Shown: one piece after another, positions 1 to 11,875 of the stretch
Position numbering within the stretch: the stretch's first letter is position 1
How the letters are laid out: each line of letters starts with the position of its first letter
DNA from: Marsupella aquatica
Taxonomy: Eukaryota; Plantae; Marchantiophyta
Assembly: GCA_973895155.1 (NCBI GenBank)
Contig: OZ316899.1
Span: 6,451,241-6,515,240, forward strand
DNA: 64,000 nt
Direction of reading: 5' to 3'
The notes under the pieces: model-generated
The model's database searches: none
The model's input: the letters and a program-made list of their open reading frames with translations, nothing else
What the model was told of the DNA's origin: nothing
Translations under genes and position numbers: made by a program

Positions 1-1199
1 CCAAGGGGCTAGCGAGACCGGGAGCGAGATAGTGCAGGAGGAGGGGACTCAATGAGGCAGGACAGGAGGGGTCTCCCAAGAGGTCCCAACTAGGGCCCCA
101 CTTTCTCACTTTCTTTCAGGCTTTCTTTGCGAGTTCTTCATCGTCTACAGAGCTTGCGTGATCTTGGGCCAGGGTTTGGGTGAAAGTGTTTGACCCCGTG
201 TTTGACCCAATGTTTGACGTTGGGCAGACTGCAAGATGGGCGGGGAGCTAGGGTGAGTTATTTTTTATAGCAAATGAAGGGTATTTTAAATTCCAAAATA
301 TATCTGATTATAATAACATAGGTAGGTTTTATATAGGATTGAAAATTCTTTTTGGAACGAACAAGGTAAATTTAATGTTCCTCCAAAATATAACAAGGGG
401 TACCTAGGGGGCCTTCGGATCATACTTCCTATTGGTCCAAAGTCAGACATCTTGAAGGTCAAATGGTGTGGAAACAACGCTTCAAAATCTTCATTCCATT
501 ATTTGTCCGGAAATCTCGAATATCTCTTGGTTGCACCGGTTAGAGTCTCATAATATTAAGTGGGTCATTTCGAGTCCATTTTCAGACTTCTTTATATATA
601 TCTTAACCGCATCGGAAAGAGATTTCCAACACACTTTACAGATCTTGATTTGGATAAATGGTTTGAGAGTTATGGTAATTTTTCTACCGGATGGTATGTC
701 CAAACCGAATCAAAAACCGGCTCAAAAACCGGATGGAAACCGGTTCAAATTCCGGATGGAATAACTCTTCAATTTCCATCACTTAGTTGGTGTAATTTTT
801 TCCATGAACTACTGGAAAGTGGGGTAACACAACCTTGATAAAAGATTGAGCTACTTGTTGCTGAAATGCACTGATTAATTCACCTTAGAATTAGCCGTCT
901 AACTCAAATTTGTGAAAAGTTGGACCTCAATTCCAAAGTTAAACCTTTGCTTGAGGGGTTGAAGTAGGTCTCTCCTCGCTATCAGATTTTCCCAATACCA
1001 ATCCATTTATGGTTTTATTCATCTTTCACTATTGAGTCGGATGAGGGACCATAACATCTTTATATGCACCTTGGCATGATTCAAGCTTAATATACTCACA
1101 TATGCTTAAATAGTCATTCAAGGTCCTCAACATGGTCATGGAAAACTATTTTTTTCACATAAGATAACTTTTCTATCCTTAAGGGCTTAACCCCTCTAT

Positions 1200-1290
1200 T
1201 ACACCTCTCTGGTGAGTAGTCCCTCCTCCTATCCGGGGAATAGTCCCTCCTCCTATCAAGCAAATAATCCCTACCCCTATCACAATGTCG
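1200..1290. repeat. Short degenerate tandem repeat (~24-bp unit TAGTCCCTCCTCCTATC..., about 3 copies)
   Basis: Reads as repeated RRDYSP-like units in minus ORF 1114..1395. Confidence 0.6.
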
Positions 1291-3560
1291 GTATCTCCAA
1301 CCAACAATTGTATCCCCATCATTTGTGTCATTGGACAAGTCATAGATCACCATGTCCGACAACCCTAAATCTATGATATGAGCAAAGGGAATCAACCCTA
1401 CACAAAGCCAATCCCAGAAACCCTACAACTTATGATGTAACTCTAGTATTAACGTCGTCTTTTGCAAAAACCCTAAAATGTAACATCGCCCATAAACCCC
1501 TCTGATGTCAGTTACATCTTATTGAATGACGTTCTTACATATTAACGTCATTTTGGGTTAGGTTTCTCTACGGAACATTGAGTGCCAAATGACATAACAA
1601 ACGACGTAAATTGAGGGAAACGGCAAACCCGTGAGGTTAATTGTTTCCCCGGTCATTTCCTTTAGAAAACATTGGGGTCGTGTTTGAATGTGAATCACAT
1701 TTGACATTCCTCAATGCACCTCTAATCCTCACCTCTCCTGGTCTCCTCTACCTCACAGAATCGTCCGCCATGTCTCATCCAGGCTATCTTCCATGCAGTG
1801 TGAACTTTGATGTAGTGAAGGTGGGCATGGAGGATCCAAAGGATTTGGAGAAGGTGCATATAGCACTACGTTTGACACATTCACTAGTTCAGGCCTTCAA
1901 CCATAGCTTGCAATTCATGGGAGGGACAGGGAACGAAGGAGTCCAAGTTTATAGAGTACTTGGAGAGTATTGAGGCCAATGCTCCCACCCAAGAGGAGGA
2001 GGCCGAGGTTGAAGCGCCAGAGTTTGGTGGAGAGCTTGACGGGGCATTGATTGATCCGCTATAGACTTACATTCCCAACTTACACTACCAGACAATGGTT
2101 GGGATGATCCTACCTTCTGTTCCATCCAACTAGATTCTCAGGCAGTTGCTCGAACCCCTATCAAGAGTCAAGTGAGGATTGCACATGAGAGATACAGGGC
2201 AGAAGATGAGAGGGGGGACTGTCAAGCACACAAGAGGAGGAGGCAATCTCTGTCTTTCTCAAATAGCAGCATTGAAAGGAGAAGGCAAAAGGGGAAAGGA
2301 ACCAATGAGCACAGTGCAGAGACATCAAGGTCAAAGAGACGCATGGGAGATCAACATCATGGAGTAGAGAGGAGAGAGGAGCACTAATGTTCGTTCCCTC
2401 CAGAGCGGCGATCATGTCCTCAGCAAGCTCCTGCCAGCAAGGAGCACCTCCCCACCATCACCCTTGTTGCTTTCAATGCAAGGCCTGGATGAGAAATCAC
2501 TCACAAACAGATTGCAAACCTGTGTAACTAAACACTGCCCTAATTGGACAACTTGGAAGGATCTGGTACATAACAAAAAGAAGTTCCAGCTGCTCCTGAA
2601 TGATGTGCAGGCTGGATTCACAAACGGGCAAGAGATTGACTACCGCCACGTTAGGAAGAAGACTATGAATCACCTCACTGATCGACGGTTCAGGTAGAGA
2701 GCAAAGGTGGGCAAACTGAGGTGCATAAGGATAGGGGAGTACAAGGAACCTGATGGCATGAGCAAAGATGACTTCAAATTGATTGTCAGTGAACTCAAAG
2801 CAGCCCCAGACACCCCAATTCAAAAGCGACTGGGTATGGGAGACAAGGTCACTATTGTTCAAAAAGTGAGTGGCAAGAAGGTGACTAATTTATGGGGGCA
2901 GGGAGGATGGGGAGGATTTCTTGCAACCTATGTAAGTCCCCTTGCATTTCACATTGCAGCACAATTGTTCTGAACCTGTTGCCTTGTGCTGCTGCGGTGT
3001 GAAGCACTAATGAACATTGTTTTTTGGTACTAACGTTGCCATTGCCAAAAAGAACGGCGCCAAACACGTGGTATCTCAAGCAAAACGTCTTCCTAGATGA
3101 TGTTACCCTTAACTTAATGTGGTAGTCTTGACGTTAGTACTATCCAAATGTCTCTAACATTGTTTTACACGATGCAAAAGATTAACCACCTCCTAAACGA
3201 CGTAAGATACCACCTCTTGGACAACATAATATGAATTTTGCTGCAAAAGCAAAAGTATGGCCAAGATGCCGACCCAAGTGAGCAAGAGCGCTTGTGCTCC
3301 AAGCGATATGGCTTGGCAGCCCTATGGGCAAAGCTTGATTCAACTCCGGAAGACCACCAGGTAAGTGTAGGCCTTGTGCTAGCTTGTGTATACCATTCCA
3401 TAGACGTTGAGTGAAAGAGTATCTTGTGCCAGCCTACACTGAAATTGTGTCTTGTATACAGGTGGATTGGACTGCACCAGAGGGTTTAGTAGCACAACCC
3501 ATTGCGGAGGATGAGGAGGCTGACATATCACCCTTGAGGAGGGTACCCAAGAGGAGCCCC

Positions 3561-5354
3561 CAAGTTGTGGAACTCGACTACCTTAACACTTAGCTCTGGC
3601 ATTGTTGACTCTGACGCCAAGCTCCCTTATGGTCCAGGCCCGGATAGGCCATTCGGGGAGGACTTAGCATGGGGAGACTTTTGGGCAATGGGACGTGGCG
3701 CTCGCGAAGGCAAGGCGCCAGGCTAGTGTCACGCAATTAGGACTTAGACTAGTTGAGGACTGGTCGGGTTGAGGGAAAAGGGTCAGGCTCAAGGTCGACC
3801 ATCCAGACCCCCAACGGACTTTGATTTTTGAGGGCTTGAGTGAGAACTCCTCTTGGGCCCAAGGCCAATGGAGTTGACTTCATGGGCAACGGACGCTTGG
3901 GGCGCGAGTCATGGCCCAATCTAGGTTTGGCCAATTTGGGGCCCTGAGTGGCGATGAGGTCTGAGGGCCCAAGCATAAGCACTGGGTTGGCCCGATCACA
4001 ATGGGCTAAGGCACTCCGCTTGCAAACGCCTAACTAGGAAGTTATGGGCGTTGCCAGTTGGTGGCGCGCCCTGACATGCGGGATGGGGTCCAGGTTGGGG
4101 GCCAAAAGTTTGGGGACCAAAGTTGGTCTGGGGTTGGCAGGTCTCTAGAAACATATATTAGGGGAGTGGTGTCTCCCTAGGGGCTAAGAGCGAGCCGAAG
4201 TTGTGAGCCGCGGTGGTCGCGATACTAAGGGAAAATGTCAAATGGAAACGACAATAACTTCCCAACGAGAAGTCCGTTGGGGGACTTCTTGGGTGCATTG
4301 GAAATCTCTCAAGGAGGGCTACATCCTCCTGAGCTCATCTGGGTCTGGAGGCGCCATAGGTTCTTGAGGTTTGTGGGTGTTGTCTTGGCTGCTTGGCGAA
4401 TCCCGTCAAAATAGCAGCCAAGCCGCATTCAGTCTCTCAAGGAAGCTTGCATTGGGGAGGCAAGGCCAAGTAGGCATGGAGGTTGAGTTCCAAGGGCACT
4501 TGGCCCATAGGCCATCAGTGGGGCAAGAACTGGGAGTTGGTTGCTAAAGTCGGGGCCATTCTGGTCCCGGCATGTAGGGACAAGCTTTAGGACAAGCTAC
4601 GCTATTTGGGCCATGAGCATATCTTGGGGATAGGGCGATCAGTTGATGATGGATAGATACAAGGCGGAACCCGGGCTGCGCCCAAGGATGGAGCTGTTCT
4701 AGACAAATAGTGGGCATCGGTTCTGGTTCCGGCTTATGGCATCGAGAGGACCTATCGCTGACCTACTTACCAAATGTCTATTGAGCTTGAGTTAGGATGC
4801 TAGACTTGAGAGATCTAGATCCTAAAGGGTTACTTACCAAGACACTTGGGTGCTTGTGCAGACAATGAGGACCATTGAGTAGTGATCGTGTTGGGGAGCA
4901 AGTACGGCTTTGTATGGGAGGGGCCGATGGCGGTGCAAGGGGCATCAGATTGCTTGCTCAAGGTATTCCGTGGAGGCATTTGGGCACCAGGGGCACTTAG
5001 GCGTGGGTGCTGGGATTGGTGAGGGCACGGGGTGGCAAGGTCCACCACTCCTTGGTACCGTGCGAACAATAGGGTGGGACTTCTCGTGATCTTTTCCTTG
5101 CAACGGAGACTCATAGGACCGGACAACAAGGGAAGGAGAGACACGGGGAGGAGGGAGATAGAGAGAGAAGGAGATAGAGAGAGGAGGAGGAGTAGTGGCA
5201 AGAGGCATTCCACTAGGGTACCTTGTAGCACTCAAACAACTAGAAGCAAGGCTGCATTGGAGCCAAATAGTAGTACCTCAAAGTAGGATGACCAGAGGTA
5301 CAAGTTGCGCCGACAAGGTGGACAGTCAGGATGTGATAGGCCCCAATCTTAGCA
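3561..5354 (+). mobile_element. Solo LTR of the chromovirus family whose 3' LTR lies at 38923-40740
   Basis: Colinear similarity from 3561 (CAAGTTGTGGAACTCGACTACCTTAAC) to ~5051 (AGGTCCACCACTC) with 38925-40740. The putative CA end at 5354 is inferred. Confidence 0.75.
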
Positions 5355-7630
5355 GCATCAGGTTGTACCTCTTGATTAATCCTACAACCTAATGACTCTT
5401 AATTGTCCCAAACATTGTGTTGTGGTACGTTTGCCAATGTACGTCCGCATATAGATTCAAATTACATTGTGATTAACTAGGTAGACCTTACCATACATCG
5501 TAGCATGCGTCACACTTAACCCACTAATTTACAACGTATCCGTTATACGTTGTTTCCCACATGGCTAATTATCGGGTCTTAAATTTGGTTAAATGTTCTT
5601 ACATTGTATTCAACTACGTAAATTGGTCATGTTTTCACAATTTTGGTTAAGTGTAACATAGAATGTGACATCGTAAATTGTAAAATGTTGAAGTTCGCTT
5701 TGATATAACGTCGACTAAGGCGACATACCCAACCTTATACGTTGTTTGGGACTTTTCAACATGTCGTCTGAACTTTGCATTTATTGTCTTCTGATATTAC
5801 ATTAATCAGGCAGAAAATGTAGTTGTGACCCACATCAAAGCATGTTGCAAGTAAGAGCAAAAGGGAGAAGCCGCACAAGAATCTACCAGTCAAAGACTTG
5901 TGTCTTCCTATGTTGGACAACAATCAGGATGTTGGACTCGTGGTGGGGATCATGCGCAGCGGTATTGCCCTGATCATAGAGGGCCAAGAGGGGCCTCAAC
6001 ACCTGATCAGCGACAGTGTGATCATTGTGGAGCTCTTGGACACACCAAGGATAGGTGTTTCTGACTCCATCCTGAGCTACGGAGAGGAGGACAGCGCACA
6101 CATGATCAGGGAAGAGGAGGTAGAGGTGGTGGTCGTGGCCAAGGTATGCTACATGCAGGGAGATAGGGAGGTGATGTTGCTCCTATTGTAACCACAAATC
6201 CTAAGGATGCTAAGATTTCTCAATTGGAGCAACAACTAGTTGCTATTGTTAGTTCTCAGGTGAGACCTGCTTCTACTGATGCAGCTTCTACATCCTATGG
6301 AGCTTCCACATCTTATGGGGTTGATGGAGATCTTGCCACCATGGGATTCATGTGTGACACTGCACACATTGATGCATCAGCAACTTTGATGTGTGAGGTA
6401 GCAAAATCTCTTGAGCCCCAAGGAGCAATAGTGGAGCTAGATCCATAGAGGGGGATGCACGTTGTCAAACAAAGCTTCCTTAGTTTTTTACATTGTCAGA
6501 GACAGTTTCAACTGCCATTATGAACCCAATTCAAACAACCCTAGTGTGGGCAAGTTGGCAAAATCATATGATGTTGTAGCAGGGATGACAAGTACCTTGT
6601 TGGGGGCAGCTACCACCATAGTGCGCACCCTATTATTTTCAACGATAGATATGTTGACATTGGGAGTTAGTCCAACTGATGTGTTCAGATTGGCAGCCAC
6701 ATTATGCAAGGATACTCCAATTTTGGCTTCTCATGCAGAGGCAACATGCAATTTTGAAGCAGCAGAGTTGATACCACCTATTGCTATTTGTAAGACATGG
6801 CATGCAACAGCAGCAAAGTTGATGGATTTGTCAGCACGCCCTGCATTTGAGAGGCTAGGTTTGTGTCATTGGTATCTTTAGATTACTTGGGCCTATTGGA
6901 GCAGTATACTAGCCAAAGAGAGTGTTACCAGATATTGGTGCTCAACCCTTGATGTTGGGTAAGTCTGCCATACAAGGATTGGGATTGCATCCAAATGATC
7001 TAGAGGAGTGTCCCATTCCTCTTCAAACTTCATTGGGGGACCTACACCCTTACAGCACGTCACCAGACGACCACTTGACTTGAGGATTCAGGAGGGTCAT
7101 GCAAAGGATAGCTCCCACATGTAGGCGCAAGCTATTATGACTAAGGCAAAGTCCTATGATGTGTTGGTGGGATGTATAGTGTTGTACCCCATGGGATTTA
7201 TTCTTGATTTTTGGGATGAATCAATTTCATAGTGGCTTATTGGCAATCAAGAGATGCTAGATTGAGCAGATTTCCAGTGCAATTTAGTGGACCTTTGGGA
7301 GGCCCTAAATCTACACCATTGTCTTTGGTAGCATTCAGTGGTGTGATCACTGATCCTAATGATTTGATGGAAGGTAATGCACATGCAGCAAATGTTCCAA
7401 TAGTGGAGGAGTCACATGAGGAGTAGGTCATGCATGGGTTACCTGTTGGTAGTGTTGCGTCACCTATGTGGGGCACAAGATAGGCCTTGCCACAGACAGC
7501 AGCACGATTGGTACATGATGCATGGCATCATACTTTTACACCACAACCAGGAGCAGAGCAGTCTCCTACAGGTGGGCCAGTGACTCTTTCACCATTGGCT
7601 ACCACCACTATTGCATGGCAGTATCTATTA

Positions 7631-8580
7631 GAGGGTATTTGTTTGTTGGATTTATTTGGTGAAATTAGCATTGGATTGGCTGTTGTTCTTTAGGCAGGAA
7701 TTCCTGTGCGTCGCACCTGGTATGTGGAGATAGATGAGATAGCATGGAGAGTCTCATTGCGCCATGTGGCTATGTTGGTGGGTCGTTATCCACAATTATT
7801 GTTAGTGGATGTTGTTCTTGGCTATCAGCATGCACTGCCTATTGATATTTCATTGTTGGGTGTGGATCATTTGGATTGTGTTGGCCCCATTGATTTGGTG
7901 ATTGTTGGTTGGCCATGTTAGGGCCACTCTAGAGCTGAAGTTGGACATGGACTTCATGATCCACAATCTGCATTATTTTGGGAGATGTTACGGGTGTTGC
8001 GTCATCTCCAATTGCATCAGACACAGTCTCCAACCTACATTTTGGAGAATGTGCCACTCTTGGGTGATCATTGTCAGCGGATTGTTGTCAGCGTTCATTA
8101 GGTGAGGTCCTAGATTGGACTTGTTGTGTTATTGGATGTTGCATGTATGGGTTCTCGTGCACATCGTCCACGCTCGTGGTGGACTAATTTGTTACCAGGT
8201 GAGGTGTTAAAGCGAGCATTTGACAACATTCCTTGCTTGCCAACCTTGGTAGTGGATGATATTTTGGATCCAAGGCATTGTTCTCAGGGTGTGATCTAGT
8301 TTGACGGATCTCCATTGGCAATGGTCAATGTGGTTGGGCGCCCACATTGTGCATTACCCACTTTTGTGAGCCACTATGCTTCATATGCTTTTAACGCATG
8401 TGGCCCTGGACTTGTGTGGGATACAACTCTACAATAGTTAGTCGAGCCCACTGCTGATGAGATAGAGTGGGCTATGGGATTCTCCACAAGTACAACTGCT
8501 GCTACATTTGTGTCAGACAGTTCACGCCCCCAGGTCCTTGACCAAGCCATGGATTTGAATTGTTTGACTTGGATTGTCAG
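7631..8580 (+). pseudogene. DNMT3-like C5-cytosine DNA methyltransferase domain embedded in Gypsy pol
   Basis: One frame read through TAG stops gives: LLDLFGEISIGL (motif I), YVEIDE (II), PIDISL (III), PIDLVIVGWPC*GHS (IV, catalytic PC at 7913-7918), LFWEMLRVL (V), YILENV (VI, ENV at 8045), LDVACMGSRAHRPRSWWTNL (VIII), EPTADEIEWAMGF (IX), RPQVLDQAM (X). Same frame as RT ORFs 8855 and 9209. Confidence 0.88.
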
Positions 8581-11500
8581 CTTGGGAGTAGCAAAGCAGT
8601 TTTGGATGTGCTCTGCTGGTGTTCTAGATCGTCCATTGGTGAGCTTGCGGCCTATTGAGAGAGTAGTGGCCACAGCTGGGGGCAAGCAAATAGTCCATGG
8701 ACCTATGGCAGGATTGGCCAAGGCTGGACAGATTGTTGAGCAAGAAGGGACTGCTCAAACTATTGTTAAATAGCAATCATCGGCTATCTCTTCTACCCTA
8801 CAAAAATATATTAGGGATTTGGTGGAGAGTTGGGAGCCATAGATTGGTCCTAAGTTGACAAGGGAGGAGAGACGTTGCATGCATCAATTCCTAAAGAGTT
8901 ATTGGGATTGTTTTGCATTTAGCATGAAGGATTTGGGGACATTAAAGGGCCCTAGTATTCATATTGAATTGGCTAGTGACGTACCAATCTTTCATAGACC
9001 ATACCATAACAATGACATGGAGAGAGCTTTGATTTGGAGTAGAACTCAGGATTTGCTGGAGGCAAGTTTGGTGGAGATCTCATACAGGGAGTATGCATCT
9101 ACCACAATCATGCCAGCCAAGAAGGATGTGCATGGCAATTACACGAATAGGCGCATGTGTGGTGATTACCGACCTATTAATCGTCAGACAAAATCTGATT
9201 GATATGCCATGCCCACACCTAAGGAGATCTTTCATACTATGGGGCATGCAAAGGTTTCTAATTCATTGGATCTGAGGGCAGGGTACCATCAGCTTCCAAT
9301 CAGACATTTTGACAAGTCCAAAACAACATTATGGGGAATTGCTTTGCATAGCAAGGATCGTTTGTATCAGTGGTTGTTCTTACCATTTGGGTTGAAGAAT
9401 GCACCAGCAGAATTCTAGAGTCATGGATCAAATTCTTGTAGGTTTGGATTTTGTCAGATGTTACATTGATGATATTTTGGTCTATTCTTCCAATGTGGAA
9501 GAACATCAGCAACACTTGCAGATTGTGTTGGAGAGATTGAGAGAACATGGGTTGAAACTCCATCCTGGAAAGTGTAAGTTCTTCCAAGACCAGATTGAGT
9601 ATTTGGGCCACACTATCTACCTAGGAGAATTGGGTGTGCAACAGACTAAGGTGGAGGCCATTACATAGATTCCTCGCTCTACTGATGTGAGTAGAGTTCA
9701 TGCATTCTTGGGATTGGCGAGCTACTATAGGAGGTATTTTAAAGGATTTTATTAGCCAGCTTGCTAAACCTTTAATTTTACTCACTAAGTTGGATCAAGA
9801 GTGGATTTGGGGTGATGACCAGGAGCATGTCTTTTAGGAGTTGAAAAAAAGATTGGGGTCATCCCCTATTTTGAGAAGACCCATTTCAGCTACACACTGA
9901 TTGGAGTGGAGTAGGACTTGGAGCAATGCTGACTCAGAAGGATGATGAGTTTGTTGTGGCTTATGCTAGTAGATCAAACAATTCAATAGATGCTATGTAT
10001 AGCTCTTATGAGAGAGTGTTTGGCAGTAGTGACACACTTCTGTTGCTACTTGTTTGGTAACCCCTTCACCTTGATCACTGATCATCAGCCTCTCAAGTGG
10101 TTAACGGAGTCCGACAAGCTTACAGGGAAGCTTGCACAATGGGCATTGTTGTTACAAGAGTATGATTTCCAGGTTGTGCATAGGCCTGGAAAAGTGAACT
10201 TGGATGCAGATGGATTGAGCCGCAATCCATGTACCAGTCAAGAGGATGAGACTAGAGCCAGATGACATGATGAGTTAGATAAGGAGATGGTGTCAGAATG
10301 ACATGCATCTACCTTCCTTTGTTGGGTTCCAGCATGCAGTGGATCTGTGGACTTTACTTCATTGGATGAAGATGACGAGTCTATAGATATGGATGTTGGT
10401 GAGGTTGTGGTTGGACAACAGGATATTCACAATGATGAGAGAGTGTTGGAATACTTGCGCACTTGTTTTGTTGATGCCAAGGAGTGTGACAGGGTTTTGC
10501 AAAGAGCCACGAGGTTTCAATGGGAAGGAAACCATCTTTTGAGAGTACTACATGATGGTAAGGTATTGGTGGTACCAAAACTATCATAACAAGTACATTT
10601 GGTGCGACATGCACACAAGGAGTTGAGTCACTTTGGTGTGAAGCGCACTTATAGCTTGTTGTAGACACAGTATTGGTGGTGTGGTATGCACACTCATGTT
10701 TGACAACTAATAGCTAAGTGTGTGGTATGTGATATAGTGAGGGCATCATTTAATGCTCCCACTCCCCAATTGCATCAATTGCCGATCATGGGTTTGGGGT
10801 ATAGATGGAGTTTGGACTTTGTTGGTCCATTGCCTCTCACCCAACGGCATAATCGTTATGTTTTGGTTATGGTGGAGCATTTATCCAAGTGGATTGAGCT
10901 AGTGGCGTTGTTAGATAAAGCTAGTGGAGGAGTTGGTGCCACATTTTTGGATCGTGTACTTAGTCATTTTTGGAGCACCAACTGAGGTATTGACTGATCA
11001 AGAAATTGAGTTCCGTGGAGAGTTTGAGAGTTTGTGTGAGCAAGCTCTGATTGATCATCGTACTACTTCTCATGACCATTTTGAGGCAGATGGATTGGCT
11101 GAGAGAGTAGTGGCAAACTGTGAAGAGAGGATTGTGCAAGTATGGGTTGGTCATCTGGGAGATTGGGATCTCTAGTTACCTTGGTTAGTTATGGACTACC
11201 GTTTCAGTTGGCAAACATCACTTACATCCTTCTCACCTTATTTCTTGCTCTATGGTAGAGAGCCAGATTTGCCAGCAACTATTTGTCGTGATACTGCATT
11301 GGTTGTGAACTTGGATAATCTCGATGCTTGGGTCAAGGTTTGTTCGGAGAGGGCAAGGATTTTTGAGAGAGTCATGCCCATGGCCTTTGATAACCTTTCC
11401 ATTGCCCAACATTGTGATACTTTGCGGTATGCCACTATTTTTGGAGGAGGTTATCGTGTGAGGATTCAATAATTTCATCCCAATGATTATGTTTATTTGC

Positions 11501-11706
11501 AGCAGACAGCACCCACTACACTTGATGGGACCGCAAGTCAGACCATTTTATGTGTGCGTGAAGTGCTGCCTTTTGGTGTCCTAATGTTGGAGGGACGTGA
11601 TGGTATGGTTTGGAAGGATCATGTGCGCAATTGTGCACCATGTCATCTTCCAAACATTGACGGTACAGTAGATCCAAGCTTGGCAAATGTTTGTGCTGGC
11701 TTGAAG

Positions 11707-11838
11707 TGTATGTTGTGTTAATCTGCTCAGGGAGCAGCTACGATGTTGATTTGTGATAATTGTTCTAGAGGATGGCACATGTCATGTTTGACACCACCAT
11801 TGCAGGTGATTCCTAGTGGATCATGGTTGTGTTGGTAA
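11707..11838 (+). pseudogene. PHD finger at the integrase C-terminus
   Basis: In frame with ORF 11497..11721: CMLC*SAQGAATMLICDNCSRGWHMSCLTPPLQVIPSGSWLCW*. This is a C4-H-C3 PHD pattern with the last Cys lost. Confidence 0.85.
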
Positions 11839-11875
11839 AGACGCCTAGTTATCATTTGTGTTCTCTTGGAAAACA

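Larger units (their letters stand above)
660..5827. mobile_element. Probable decayed CACTA/EnSpm-like DNA transposon (right end at ~5827), interrupted by a solo LTR
   Basis: Ends in GAAAATGTAGTTGTG (revcomp CACAACTACATTTTC, one mismatch from a CACTA terminus). Dense AACGTC/GACGTT-type short motifs at ~1430-1620, 3060-3210 and 5400-5820 look like subterminal repeats. Broken ORFs of unknown function at 1641-3593. No transposase motif seen; left boundary arbitrary. Confidence 0.35.

Noticed and set aside
4830-5392. Overlapping ORFs on both strands
   Set aside because: Produced by GA-rich low-complexity LTR sequence.
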